The position numbers and the translations under genes are program-made. Below, one piece after another: positions 34,954-42,455 of a stretch of DNA of 64,000 nt (positions within the stretch are counted from its first letter, which is position 1; each line of letters opens with the position of its first letter). The notes under the pieces were generated by a model. It saw nothing but the letters and a program-made list of their open reading frames with translations. It did not search any database and was not told where the DNA came from. Location of the stretch: positions 2,666 through 66,665 of the forward strand of contig JAGHUS010000163.1 in NCBI GenBank assembly GCA_018064685.1, read 5' to 3'. The DNA comes from Bacteroidales bacterium. GTDB taxonomy: Bacteria > Bacteroidota > Bacteroidia > Bacteroidales > Bacteroidaceae.

Positions 34954-35589
34954 TTAATCCCGGTTATAGATTATCATATTTGGGCGAAGCGAAAGTTTGC
35001 CTTCACGCTCCATCTCGTGCAACACGTGCGAAATGGTGTTGCGCGCCGCACCCAGATAACGTCCCAGATCTACCATCCTGATCTTTACCGTCAAGGGCTC
35101 TTCTGCACCGAAATGCATTATCTGTTCCTTAAGGTCGTAAGTGCTATACTCCTTGCTGTCGAGCAGCTTGCAGTAGTTGGCAGAGAGCAGATTCATCATG
35201 TTGATGCGGAAGATGGAGATGTTCATCAGCGTCTTCCTGACATCATCCTTGCTGATAAGCAGCATCTTGCACGAAGTGATGGTAACGTAGTCGCTGCGAT
35301 AGCGACAGGTCAGTCCATAAAGTTGCTCCAGTTCGAAGATGTGTATACCGCTCAGCTTCTCAGTCACCACAAAGGTATTGCCATCATGGTAGGTGATGCG
35401 CTTCATCTCGCCCTCCATCAGAACGGCCAGATGATTGCACGGCTCGTTACACTGGATGAAAGTCTGCTCGGGACCGACCGAAACCCAACGCAGGTTGACC
35501 CTGTCCGAGACGACAGCCAGCTCCTCCCCACTCATTCCGCGGAACAAGGGGATGGAAGTCAGTTTCTCATATAGATTGGCAAGAGTCAT
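34954..35589 (-). CDS. Crp/Fnr family transcriptional regulator
   Basis: ATG 35589; cNMP-binding-like beta-roll N-half; C-terminal HTH RMVDLGRYLGAARNTISHVLHEMEREG. Confidence 0.75.
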   Translation of the reverse strand: MTLANLYEKLTSIPLFRGMSGEELAVVSDRVNLRWVSVGPEQTFIQCNEPCNHLAVLMEGEMKRITYHDGNTFVVTEKLSGIHIFELEQLYGLTCRYRSDYVTITSCKMLLISKDDVRKTLMNISIFRINMMNLLSANYCKLLDSKEYSTYDLKEQIMHFGAEEPLTVKIRMVDLGRYLGAARNTISHVLHEMEREGKLSLRPNMIIYNRD

Positions 35590-35598
35590 TTGGAGCTG

Positions 35599-35637
35599 GT
35601 TACGGTTTTATGGTTTATCGGTTTTATGGTTTTAAGG
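35599..35637. repeat. GGTTTTATGG/CGGTTTTA stutter, 10 nt upstream of the Crp/Fnr start codon
   Basis: ggttacggttttatggtttatcggttttatggttttaagg. Confidence 0.85.
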
Positions 35638-35643
35638 AGATTG

Positions 35644-35728
35644 CATCGCACAGTTAATTCTTCTTTCTTCTCTCTTAATTCTTAAATAAAGAACGTCAAC
35701 GCGCAGCTTTATTATGGATTAAGAATTA
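35644..35728. repeat. Third copy of the GC-head + AATTCTTAA element, plus an inverted TTAAGAATTA arm
   Basis: CATCGCACAGTTAATTCTTCTTTCTTCTCTCTTAATTCTTAAATAA; TAATTCTTAA (35676-35685) pairs with TTAAGAATTA (35719-35728), with inner ATAAAG/CTTTAT. Confidence 0.8.
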
Positions 35729-35734
35729 GAATAC

Positions 35735-36832
35735 TCACACTGTTCTGTACACCTTATTCTCCTCTCCCTCAGCATAGATCAGGAACACCTTCAGCTGCGT
35801 CTGCTTCTTCAGCACCTCCTTAGCAGCCTCAAGGCCCATCACCATGAACGATGTGGCGAAAGCATCGGCTTCGGCACAGGTGGGAGCCAGTACCGTGGCA
35901 CTCAAGATGGTGTGCTGCACGGGATAGCCAGTATGCGGATCGATGGTGTGTGCTATGCGTCGTCCGTCCTCGGTAGTGTAGAAGTTACGGTAGTTGCCGC
36001 TCGTGGCCATGGCACAGTTGGTCAATTCCAACACATCCTCCAGTTCGGTGCTGGTACTGGTGGGATCGTCAACGGGTTTGTTCACACCCACACGCCATGC
36101 CTCGCCTTTGCTGTTCTTGCCTTGCACCACTACTTCGCCGCCTATCTCAACCATGAAGTTCTCCACGCCATGTCTGCGAAGCACATCGGCCACCACATCG
36201 CAGCCGAAGCCTTTGGCAATGGCGCTGAAGTCCATCACCATACGTGGGTCAGCCTTCTTCATCAAGCCATTCTCGATGCTCACGCGTTCGTAGCCAACCA
36301 GCGAGCGCAAGCTGTCCACCTCATGTTCGGTGGGCAATGCATTGTTCTTGTAACCAAAGCCCCAGGCATTGACAAGCGGAGCCACAGTGACATCGAAGGC
36401 ACCATCGGTGGCCTTGCTTACCTTCTGTGCCAGACTGAACACCACACAGAGCATCGAGTCGGTGTGCATGTCGGTGTTGTCATTGATATGACGCAGTGTC
36501 GAGTGCTCGTTGAACATCGACAGCGAGTTGTTGACGCTGTCCAGCGCTGCCTCGTACTCCTTCTGCAGATCATTGTCGCACAGGTACTTGATGTGGTATA
36601 TGGTACCAAACACCATTCCCTCGTTCTCCTGCCACTCGGTATATGCCTTCGCCGTCTTGGCCTTCCCTGCATCGGGCTTACTGCTGTGATGACGAATGAT
36701 GAGCACCGTGCCCACCATCAGCAACAGCAGGAAGGGGATGCGCCACCACCATCCTTTGTTGCGAGGTTTAGGCTGCTCGTCCATCACATCACGAACATCC
36801 TTAATCTCAGTATCTTTACTCTTTTCGCTCAT
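35735..36832 (-). CDS. apbE: FAD:protein FMN transferase (ApbE family)
   Basis: ATG 36832; N-terminal TM; AIAKGFGCDVVADVL, ATSGNYRNF, HTIDPHTGYP ApbE motifs. Confidence 0.85.
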   Translation of the reverse strand: MSEKSKDTEIKDVRDVMDEQPKPRNKGWWWRIPFLLLLMVGTVLIIRHHSSKPDAGKAKTAKAYTEWQENEGMVFGTIYHIKYLCDNDLQKEYEAALDSVNNSLSMFNEHSTLRHINDNTDMHTDSMLCVVFSLAQKVSKATDGAFDVTVAPLVNAWGFGYKNNALPTEHEVDSLRSLVGYERVSIENGLMKKADPRMVMDFSAIAKGFGCDVVADVLRRHGVENFMVEIGGEVVVQGKNSKGEAWRVGVNKPVDDPTSTSTELEDVLELTNCAMATSGNYRNFYTTEDGRRIAHTIDPHTGYPVQHTILSATVLAPTCAEADAFATSFMVMGLEAAKEVLKKQTQLKVFLIYAEGEENKVYRTV

Positions 36833-36847
36833 ATTATCTTTTCATCA

Positions 36848-37531
36848 CTAAATGTCGAACATCAGATTCACACTGCCTCCCCATGTGGTCGAACCATTCT
36901 TGCCGAAACCGGGAACATACCACGGATCGCCGTGCTCGCTGTAGTGGGTGTAGATGCGAGGCTTGTAACGGAGTGTCCAACCCAGACGCACGAACTTCCA
37001 GATGCGTGTCTCCACGCCCACGCATATCTCCAGCCAGTGCGTCTTGCCGTTCAGGCCCTCGAAGTCGATGGGCGTGGCAGTGCCGTCGCCATACACCTCG
37101 TCGGTGAAGTCGGGATTGCTGTAGTCGTAGTTGAAGCTGGAGAAACCGTATCGCATACCCACCAGCAGACGATTGCCGTTGCGCTTCGTTGTGAAACAGT
37201 AGTCGGCACCGATGCGGAAGTAAGGAGCACGTGTATGGAAATGTGTGTTCTGCTCGTTACCGTCGCGGTTAGCTTCGCCTATTCCCAATTCGAAAATGGG
37301 GAAGTACTTCTCCAGAAAGTTGGCACGCGCCATGACCTCCATGTTGGCAAAACGTCCGCCCAAGAACTTCATGCCAAGGCCCACACCGTCAATACCCACG
37401 CCAAAACCGTTGAACAGCTTGGCGGAAGGCATCTCGGGCTCCAAGCGGTACTTGCTCTTCTTGGCAGCACAGGGCACCACAGCCACAAGGCTAATCAGCA
37501 GTATGCAGATAAATCTTGATATTCTCTCCAT
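36848..37531 (-). CDS. Outer-membrane beta-barrel-like protein (DUF6048-like, tentative)
   Basis: ATG 37531; signal peptide; aromatic-rich alternating pattern; C-terminal ..GGSVNLMFDI. Confidence 0.6.
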   Translation of the reverse strand: MERISRFICILLISLVAVVPCAAKKSKYRLEPEMPSAKLFNGFGVGIDGVGLGMKFLGGRFANMEVMARANFLEKYFPIFELGIGEANRDGNEQNTHFHTRAPYFRIGADYCFTTKRNGNRLLVGMRYGFSSFNYDYSNPDFTDEVYGDGTATPIDFEGLNGKTHWLEICVGVETRIWKFVRLGWTLRYKPRIYTHYSEHGDPWYVPGFGKNGSTTWGGSVNLMFDI

Positions 37532-37985
37532 TGTTGTATTCTACTTTGGGTGAAACCACCACCACCGAGTCGATAAAGTGGTTCGTACTCTCCACACCGT
37601 TTATCACGTGCATCATCTTCACGGGACAGTCAAGACTCTCAAAGTGCTCGTAGTTCGTCTTCTTTATCACCACATCATCCTGCAGCAGATAATGCTCGCC
37701 ATAAAGGGTCAGCGTCAGCGTGTCGCCATCCTTATAGTAGCTCAGCGGTAAGCCCACCTTGCTCGTCTTGATGCCACGGTTGTACAGCACACTGTCAGTA
37801 CCCGCAGCCGTTATCGTCAGCGTGTCGGTCAGCGCCACAGGCGCTCCAGTAGCATCGTAGAAGCCCATCTGGCACAGCACCTGATTCTCCAGCGAACAAT
37901 CAATGCTGTCGCAGCTGGTGATGCCGAAAGCCACTGCCACCAGCAACATCACGCACAACAATATTTTCTTTATCGCATCAGTCAT
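37491..37985 (-). CDS. Lipoprotein (DUF6452-like, tentative)
   Basis: ATG 37985; lipobox AFGITSCDSIDC; 41-nt overlap with downstream gene. Confidence 0.6.
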   Translation of the reverse strand: MTDAIKKILLCVMLLVAVAFGITSCDSIDCSLENQVLCQMGFYDATGAPVALTDTLTITAAGTDSVLYNRGIKTSKVGLPLSYYKDGDTLTLTLYGEHYLLQDDVVIKKTNYEHFESLDCPVKMMHVINGVESTNHFIDSVVVVSPKVEYNNGENIKIYLHTAD

Positions 37986-38078
37986 CTTTAGTCGTTTGGG
38001 AAACTAGTCGTTTAGTCGTTTAGGGAACTAGTTATTTGGTCGTTTGGGGAACTAGTCGTTTAGTCGTTTGGGGAACTA
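37986..38078. repeat. Four 24-bp tandem units (GTCGTTTAGTCGTTTGGGGAACTA) running up to start codon 37985
   Basis: Units at 37986-38006 (partial), 38007-38030, 38031-38054 and 38055-38078. Confidence 0.9.
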
Positions 38079-38091
38079 AACTATGAATATT

Positions 38092-38140
38092 CATCGCGCC
38101 AGCCCAATTATGAATTATGAATTATAAATTATGAATTAAC
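38092..38140. repeat. GC-head + AATTATGAATT-tail element abutting the GT2 stop codon
   Basis: CATCGCGCCAGCCCAATTATGAATTATGAATTATAAATTATGAATTAAC, then stop codon 38141-38143. Confidence 0.85.
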
Positions 38141-39100
38141 CTAAAACTCTTCCGAAATCTGATACTTGTTTCTCTCTTGCGAGTTGCGGCTCACCAGTTC
38201 GCCGATGAATCCCGTCAGGAACAGCTGCGTACCCAGGATCATCATCGTCAGGGCGATGTAGAAATAGGGTGACGAGGTGACAAGGGGATGGGGAGTGCCC
38301 GAGCAGAGGTAGACAAGCTTGGTGCCACCCACGATGCACACCGAGATGAAGCCGAGCAGGAACATGATGGTGCCGAGGAAGCCGAACACATGCATGGGCT
38401 TCTTGCCGAAAGTACTGAGGAACCACAGCGTTATCAGATCAAGATAGCCGTTCACAAAACGGTTCCAACCCATAAACTTCGACTTGCCATGCTTGCGTGC
38501 CTGGTGATGAACCATCTTCTCGCCGATGCGGTTGAAGCCTGCCTCCTTGGCCAGATAGGGGATGTAACGATGCATCTCACCAAACACCTCGATGTTCTTC
38601 ACCACCTCCTTGCGGTAAGCCTTCAGTCCGCAGTTGAAGTCGTGCAGATTCTTGATGCCACTCACCTTGCGAGCCGTAGCATTATACAGCTTCGTGGGGA
38701 TGGTCTTCGACAGCGGGTCACCCTGCTTGCGGTTCATCTTGTATCCACTCACCAGGTCGTAGCCGTCCTCCACAATCATGCGGCGCAACTCAGGAATCTC
38801 GTCGGGCGAATCCTGCAGGTCGGCATCCATGGTGATGACAACATCGCCCTGAGCACGTTCGAAACCACAGAACAATGCAGGACTCTTGCCGTAGTTGCGG
38901 CGGAAGCGGATGGCATGAACCTCGGGAAATTCGGCCTGCAAGTCGCGCAGTACCTTCCACGAGTTATCCGTCGAACCGTCATTCACAAATATCACTTCAT
39001 ATGTGAAACCGTTCTCGTCCATCACACGCTTTATCCATTCGTGCAATTCTCTCAACGACTCTTCCTCGTTATACAGAGGAACAACAACTGTTATATCCAT
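38141..39100 (-). CDS. Family 2 glycosyltransferase (polyprenol-phosphate sugar transferase-like, C-terminal TM helices)
   Basis: ATG 39100; VVVPLYNEE, FVNDGSTDNS, ITMDADLQD (DxD) motifs; TAG 38141-38143. Confidence 0.85.
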   Translation of the reverse strand: MDITVVVPLYNEEESLRELHEWIKRVMDENGFTYEVIFVNDGSTDNSWKVLRDLQAEFPEVHAIRFRRNYGKSPALFCGFERAQGDVVITMDADLQDSPDEIPELRRMIVEDGYDLVSGYKMNRKQGDPLSKTIPTKLYNATARKVSGIKNLHDFNCGLKAYRKEVVKNIEVFGEMHRYIPYLAKEAGFNRIGEKMVHHQARKHGKSKFMGWNRFVNGYLDLITLWFLSTFGKKPMHVFGFLGTIMFLLGFISVCIVGGTKLVYLCSGTPHPLVTSSPYFYIALTMMILGTQLFLTGFIGELVSRNSQERNKYQISEEF

Positions 39101-39141
39101 ATCTTTTTTATGTTCTATTGTTCTGATAAATAATCAATAAC

Positions 39142-39699
39142 TCACATGGTAAAATCGTCATTCTTGATCCTTTTGGCACCGATGGTGAACAGCATCGTGA
39201 AGCCCGAGAAGATGGCCGCAGCCATGATGTTGATAAAGAGAAACATCATCATCGTCTCCTTTGTCGACATACCCTGCATCTGCTCCAGCGACTGCTGCAT
39301 CTGCTCCAGCATATTACTGCTGCCTATCAGCTTCTCGTTCAGTTCCACAACCTCCTTGCTCGAATACATCTCCACAAGGTTGTTCACAAACCGCCCTCCG
39401 TCCAGAAAGGCGAAATAAAGATACTGCCCCGCAGTAGTGACAAGCATGGCACACATGTAGGTGAACCAAGACGTCCAGAAGGCACGAAAGCCCACGCAGC
39501 CATCCACATGCTGTACAAAGCGGCGCAGATTCATGCCCGCAAGCGGAAGGGCAAGAAAACCGAGCCCGATGCCCAGATCTACAAACAACGAGGGGAAAGT
39601 GTAAACCACCAGCAGGAAGCTGGCAATCCACATTATGCCAACCCTCAAGCCCAGCGCCATACCAAAGCGGCGCGATAATCCATAATCGTACATTTCCAT
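39142..39699 (-). CDS. DUF4199-like integral membrane protein
   Basis: Start moved to ATG 39699 (MEMYDYGLSRRFG..); 4-5 TM; usual neighbour of this GT2 in Bacteroidota (from memory); CAAAGGTA box at 39709-39716. Confidence 0.6.
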   Translation of the reverse strand: MEMYDYGLSRRFGMALGLRVGIMWIASFLLVVYTFPSLFVDLGIGLGFLALPLAGMNLRRFVQHVDGCVGFRAFWTSWFTYMCAMLVTTAGQYLYFAFLDGGRFVNNLVEMYSSKEVVELNEKLIGSSNMLEQMQQSLEQMQGMSTKETMMMFLFINIMAAAIFSGFTMLFTIGAKRIKNDDFTM

Positions 39700-39780
39700 A
39701 ATTGTGTGCAAAGGTACAAAAAAAAACTCACATACACGCACACACGCCCAAACATTTTTAACAACATTAGAATTCTTAAC

Positions 39781-39955
39781 ATTTCACACCACTTCGCAAA
39801 CCTATTTCACACTACCACACTCACCCATTCCACATTATTACGCACACCCCAATTCACATTACTACGCTCTCCCAACTCACATTACTACGTTCCTCCAATT
39901 CACATTACAATGCCCTCCCATTTCGCACTACATATCAACCCTCAATTCATTTTTT
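39781..39955. repeat. Seven to eight ~23-bp G-poor tandem units upstream of tRNA-Thr
   Basis: ATT(T)CAC-type unit starts at 39781, 39804, 39827, 39852, 39875, 39898, 39920 and 39945; the plus strand is almost devoid of G. Confidence 0.85.
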
Positions 39956-40119
39956 TCATCTTTTTTTCGAAAAACATTTGGTGGAACAAAAAAAATGTCT
40001 TACCTTTGCACTCGCAAACGGGAAAGTCCTGTACGGCATGCTCCCTCGGAATCCTCCAGGGCTTGATCGCAGCAAAGGTACTTGGTTGTAGCGGCGCGAT
40101 ATAGTTTGCTTTCCCACCC

Positions 40120-40193
40120 GCCTCTTTAGCTCAGTTGGCCAGAGCACGTGATTTGTAATCTCGGGGTCGTTGGTTCGAATCCGACAAGAGGCT
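40120..40193 (+). tRNA. tRNA-Thr (anticodon UGU)
   Basis: Acceptor GCCTCTT/AAGAGGC, D-arm GCTC-AGTTGGCCA-GAGC, anticodon loop TTTGTAA (TGT at 40154-40156), T-arm GTTGG-TTCGAAT-CCGAC. One T-T mismatch in anticodon stem; CCA not encoded. Confidence 0.9.
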
Positions 40194-40196
40194 CAA

Positions 40197-40226
40197 AAGA
40201 GAGTTCCAAACGGAACTCTCTTTTTC
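40197..40226 (+). terminator. Intrinsic terminator after tRNA-Thr
   Basis: AGAGAGTTCC-AAAC-GGAACTCTCT stem-loop followed by TTTTC. Confidence 0.8.
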
Positions 40227-40350
40227 ATATAGACAACCAATACATCAAAGACAACACCCTCATCATCGAAACACCTTCGCAGACATACCACGTCAACGGA
40301 ACTACAATACGCTGACCGAGCTTGCCAAGGAGCCTGACCAACGACACTGA

Positions 40351-41094
40351 ATGATAATAAAATTTCCATTACATTATGCTCCGGCCAACGAGGAGCGAAT
40401 GATACATCTTTATCTGCCGGACGAATACCATTCGACGGACGAACGCTACCCCGTCATCTATATGTTCGATGGGCACAACCTGTTCAGCGACAGCGATGCC
40501 ACCTATGGCAAGTCATGGGGATTGAAGGAATTCCTGGACCATTGGCATAAGAGGGTCATTGTAGTAGGCATGGAATGCTCGCACACGGGTCACGAACGCA
40601 TAAAGGAGTATTGTCCCTATCAGATTAAGTCGCGATACACGGGTGCTGTGGATGGCATTGGCGATGCCACGATGCAATGGATAGTAGGTTATGTAAAGCC
40701 TTTCATTGATGAAAAATATCGTACATGGAGGCATCGCGAAGCAACAGCGATAGCGGGCAGTTCGATGGGCGGAATGATGGCACTCTACGGTGTGCTGCAC
40801 TATAACGACGTCTTCTCGAAGGCTGCTGCCGTGTCGCCTGCATTCTTCAAGTGCCTGCCACTCTTTGTCAACGAACTTTCAACACACCCCATCCATCCCG
40901 ACACCCGTCTGTTTATGAGTTGGGGCACCAATGAGGACAGCCATGGATGGCAGACAAAACGCATACTGAAGATGGAGGCGGCAGCGCAGAGGCATGGCAT
41001 ACGCACCTGGCTGTACAACCAGCAGGGCGGAAGGCATTGCGAAGCGGATTGGGAAGTGCAGGTGCCTACATGGATGCAGTTTCTGTGGCTTTAG
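40351..41094 (+). CDS. Putative esterase (esterase D/enterochelin-esterase-like alpha/beta hydrolase)
   Basis: ATG 40351; IHLYLPDEY..YPVIYMFDGHNLF, GSSMGGMMAL nucleophile elbow. Confidence 0.75.
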   Translation: MIIKFPLHYAPANEERMIHLYLPDEYHSTDERYPVIYMFDGHNLFSDSDATYGKSWGLKEFLDHWHKRVIVVGMECSHTGHERIKEYCPYQIKSRYTGAVDGIGDATMQWIVGYVKPFIDEKYRTWRHREATAIAGSSMGGMMALYGVLHYNDVFSKAAAVSPAFFKCLPLFVNELSTHPIHPDTRLFMSWGTNEDSHGWQTKRILKMEAAAQRHGIRTWLYNQQGGRHCEADWEVQVPTWMQFLWL

Positions 41095-41116
41095 AGACGA
41101 TGTCCACAAAAAACAA

Positions 41117-41764
41117 TCAAAGCAGATAGGGATTGCAAGCCTTCTCGTGGCCGATGGTAGACTTCTTGCCGTGGCCGGGATAGATAGTGGTGTCATCAGG
41201 CAGGATTGAAGACAAATGCTTCAGACTTTCTTGCAACTCATCTTCATTGCCACCTTCCAAGTCCGTTCGCCCTACACTCATGGCAAACAACGTGTCGCCG
41301 GTGAATGCCACTTCCTCCTCAGGACAATAGTAAACCACCGACCCTGGCGTATGCCCCGGCGTGTGCATCACCTGCAGTTGGTGGTTACCAAATGCTATCA
41401 CGTCTCCCCCACGCAGGTAATGATCGGGCACCGGTATGCTGTAAGGATATTTGTCACCATACACTTCCTTTATGCGTTGCACAACGTGTGTTTTCATCAG
41501 CCTACTGTCAGCCTCGTGCAGTTCGGGCAGCAGGCCGAAGTTATCCCACAGCAAGTCATTGCCGTACAGATGGTCGTGATGAGCATGGGTCAGCAGAACA
41601 TGTACAAGCTTCAGATTATTCTGGTGCAGCAAAGCGAGCAGATGTCTGCGCTCCGACGGGTAGAACACACCACAATCTATCACCACAGCCTCGCCTGTTT
41701 CGTCCCAGACGATGTGCGTACACTCCTGACACGGGTTGACCATCATTTTCTCAATCTTCAGCAT
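41117..41764 (-). CDS. MBL-fold metallo-hydrolase (glyoxalase II-like)
   Basis: Track start is GTG and the first ATG is 41764 (MLKIEKMMVNP..). THAHHDH motif; HTPGHTPGS; CAAAGATA box at 41785-41792. Confidence 0.8.
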   Translation of the reverse strand: MLKIEKMMVNPCQECTHIVWDETGEAVVIDCGVFYPSERRHLLALLHQNNLKLVHVLLTHAHHDHLYGNDLLWDNFGLLPELHEADSRLMKTHVVQRIKEVYGDKYPYSIPVPDHYLRGGDVIAFGNHQLQVMHTPGHTPGSVVYYCPEEEVAFTGDTLFAMSVGRTDLEGGNEDELQESLKHLSSILPDDTTIYPGHGKKSTIGHEKACNPYLL

Positions 41765-41784
41765 AGGCAATATTTTATCCACGT

Positions 41785-41792
41785 CAAAGATA
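41785..41792 (-). promoter_or_regulatory. -7 box (TATCTTTG on minus strand) for MBL hydrolase gene
   Basis: CAAAGATA on the plus strand, 21 nt upstream of ATG 41764. Confidence 0.45.
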
Positions 41793-41984
41793 GTGTTTTA
41801 TTTCAAATAAATGAAAATAATTTTTGTTTTTCTACATCAAAACACACATTTGCTAACGAAAGAGCAGATTATCCAGCAGACACGCCCAACGAACAGTCGA
41901 TTTTTATCGCTGCGATATTGAATCAAAATCGCTGCGATTTTGAAACACATTTGCATAGCGAACGATACGTTTTTGTATTGCCTT

Positions 41985-42022
41985 AGGTATATTCACAGGT
42001 ACAGCAGGTATATTCACAGGTA
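41985..42022. repeat. AGGTATATTCACAGGTA x2 (21-bp period); neighbouring stutters at 41905-41938 and 42229-42301
   Basis: Exact 17-mers at 41985 and 42006; ATCGCTGCGAT x2; TCCCCTCGGGGAAGCGGAGGA / TCCCCTAGGGGAGGCGGGAGA. Confidence 0.8.
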
Positions 42023-42417
42023 TACGTTTAAAGAAGAAACAGAAAAGAAGAAACGCTTCCCCCTTGCATCCCCTTTTCAAAAGAAGAAAAAGATAAAGAA
42101 GAAAAGTGAGCAGAGCAGAGCAAAAAAACGCGCGCATAATAAATTATGCAATTCTCGAGTCCATCAATCTGCTAAACATCTAAAAGTGTTATCGACTAAT
42201 CTCCCAATCCTCATCCCACAAGCATCCATTCCCCTCGGGGAAGCGGAGGATGAGAGTCTTCTCTGCGGCTAAGCAGCTCCTCCCCTAGGGGAGGCGGGAG
42301 AAGGATCTTCCGAGAATGTGGACAAAAGTGGACAGCTGGCATTAACGAGGCGTATATTGGTTGCGGGATGAACCAAAAAGAATTGTGACAGGATTAGGAA
42401 ATTCGATTTATTTTAAT

Positions 42418-42425
42418 TACTTTTG
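42418..42425 (+). promoter_or_regulatory. -7 box TACTTTTG for GH27 gene
   Basis: Exact TAnnTTTG, 31 nt before ATG 42456. Confidence 0.5.
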
Positions 42426-42455
42426 CAACGGAAAAACAACGAATACTGATACAGC

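Noticed and set aside
35676-35728. Composite hairpin (TAATTCTTAA..ATAAAG-loop-CTTTAT..TTAAGAATTA) as the ApbE terminator
   Set aside because: The stem is plausible, but no U-tract follows it on the minus strand. I noted it under the repeat element rather than calling a terminator.
39704-40104. Two overlapping plus-strand ORFs (120 and 132 aa) upstream of tRNA-Thr
   Set aside because: They arise because the ~23-bp G-poor repeat array lacks stop codons. The translations are low-complexity (HT..LPH..HYY) and the ORFs run into the tRNA promoter region.
40194-40350. Genomic-island or integration scar at the 3' end of tRNA-Thr
   Set aside because: There is no integrase, no direct repeat of the tRNA 3' end, and the downstream genes look like ordinary chromosomal enzymes. 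The short open frame (..DNQYIKDNTLIIETPSQTYHVNGTTIR) has no start codon and no recognisable homology.
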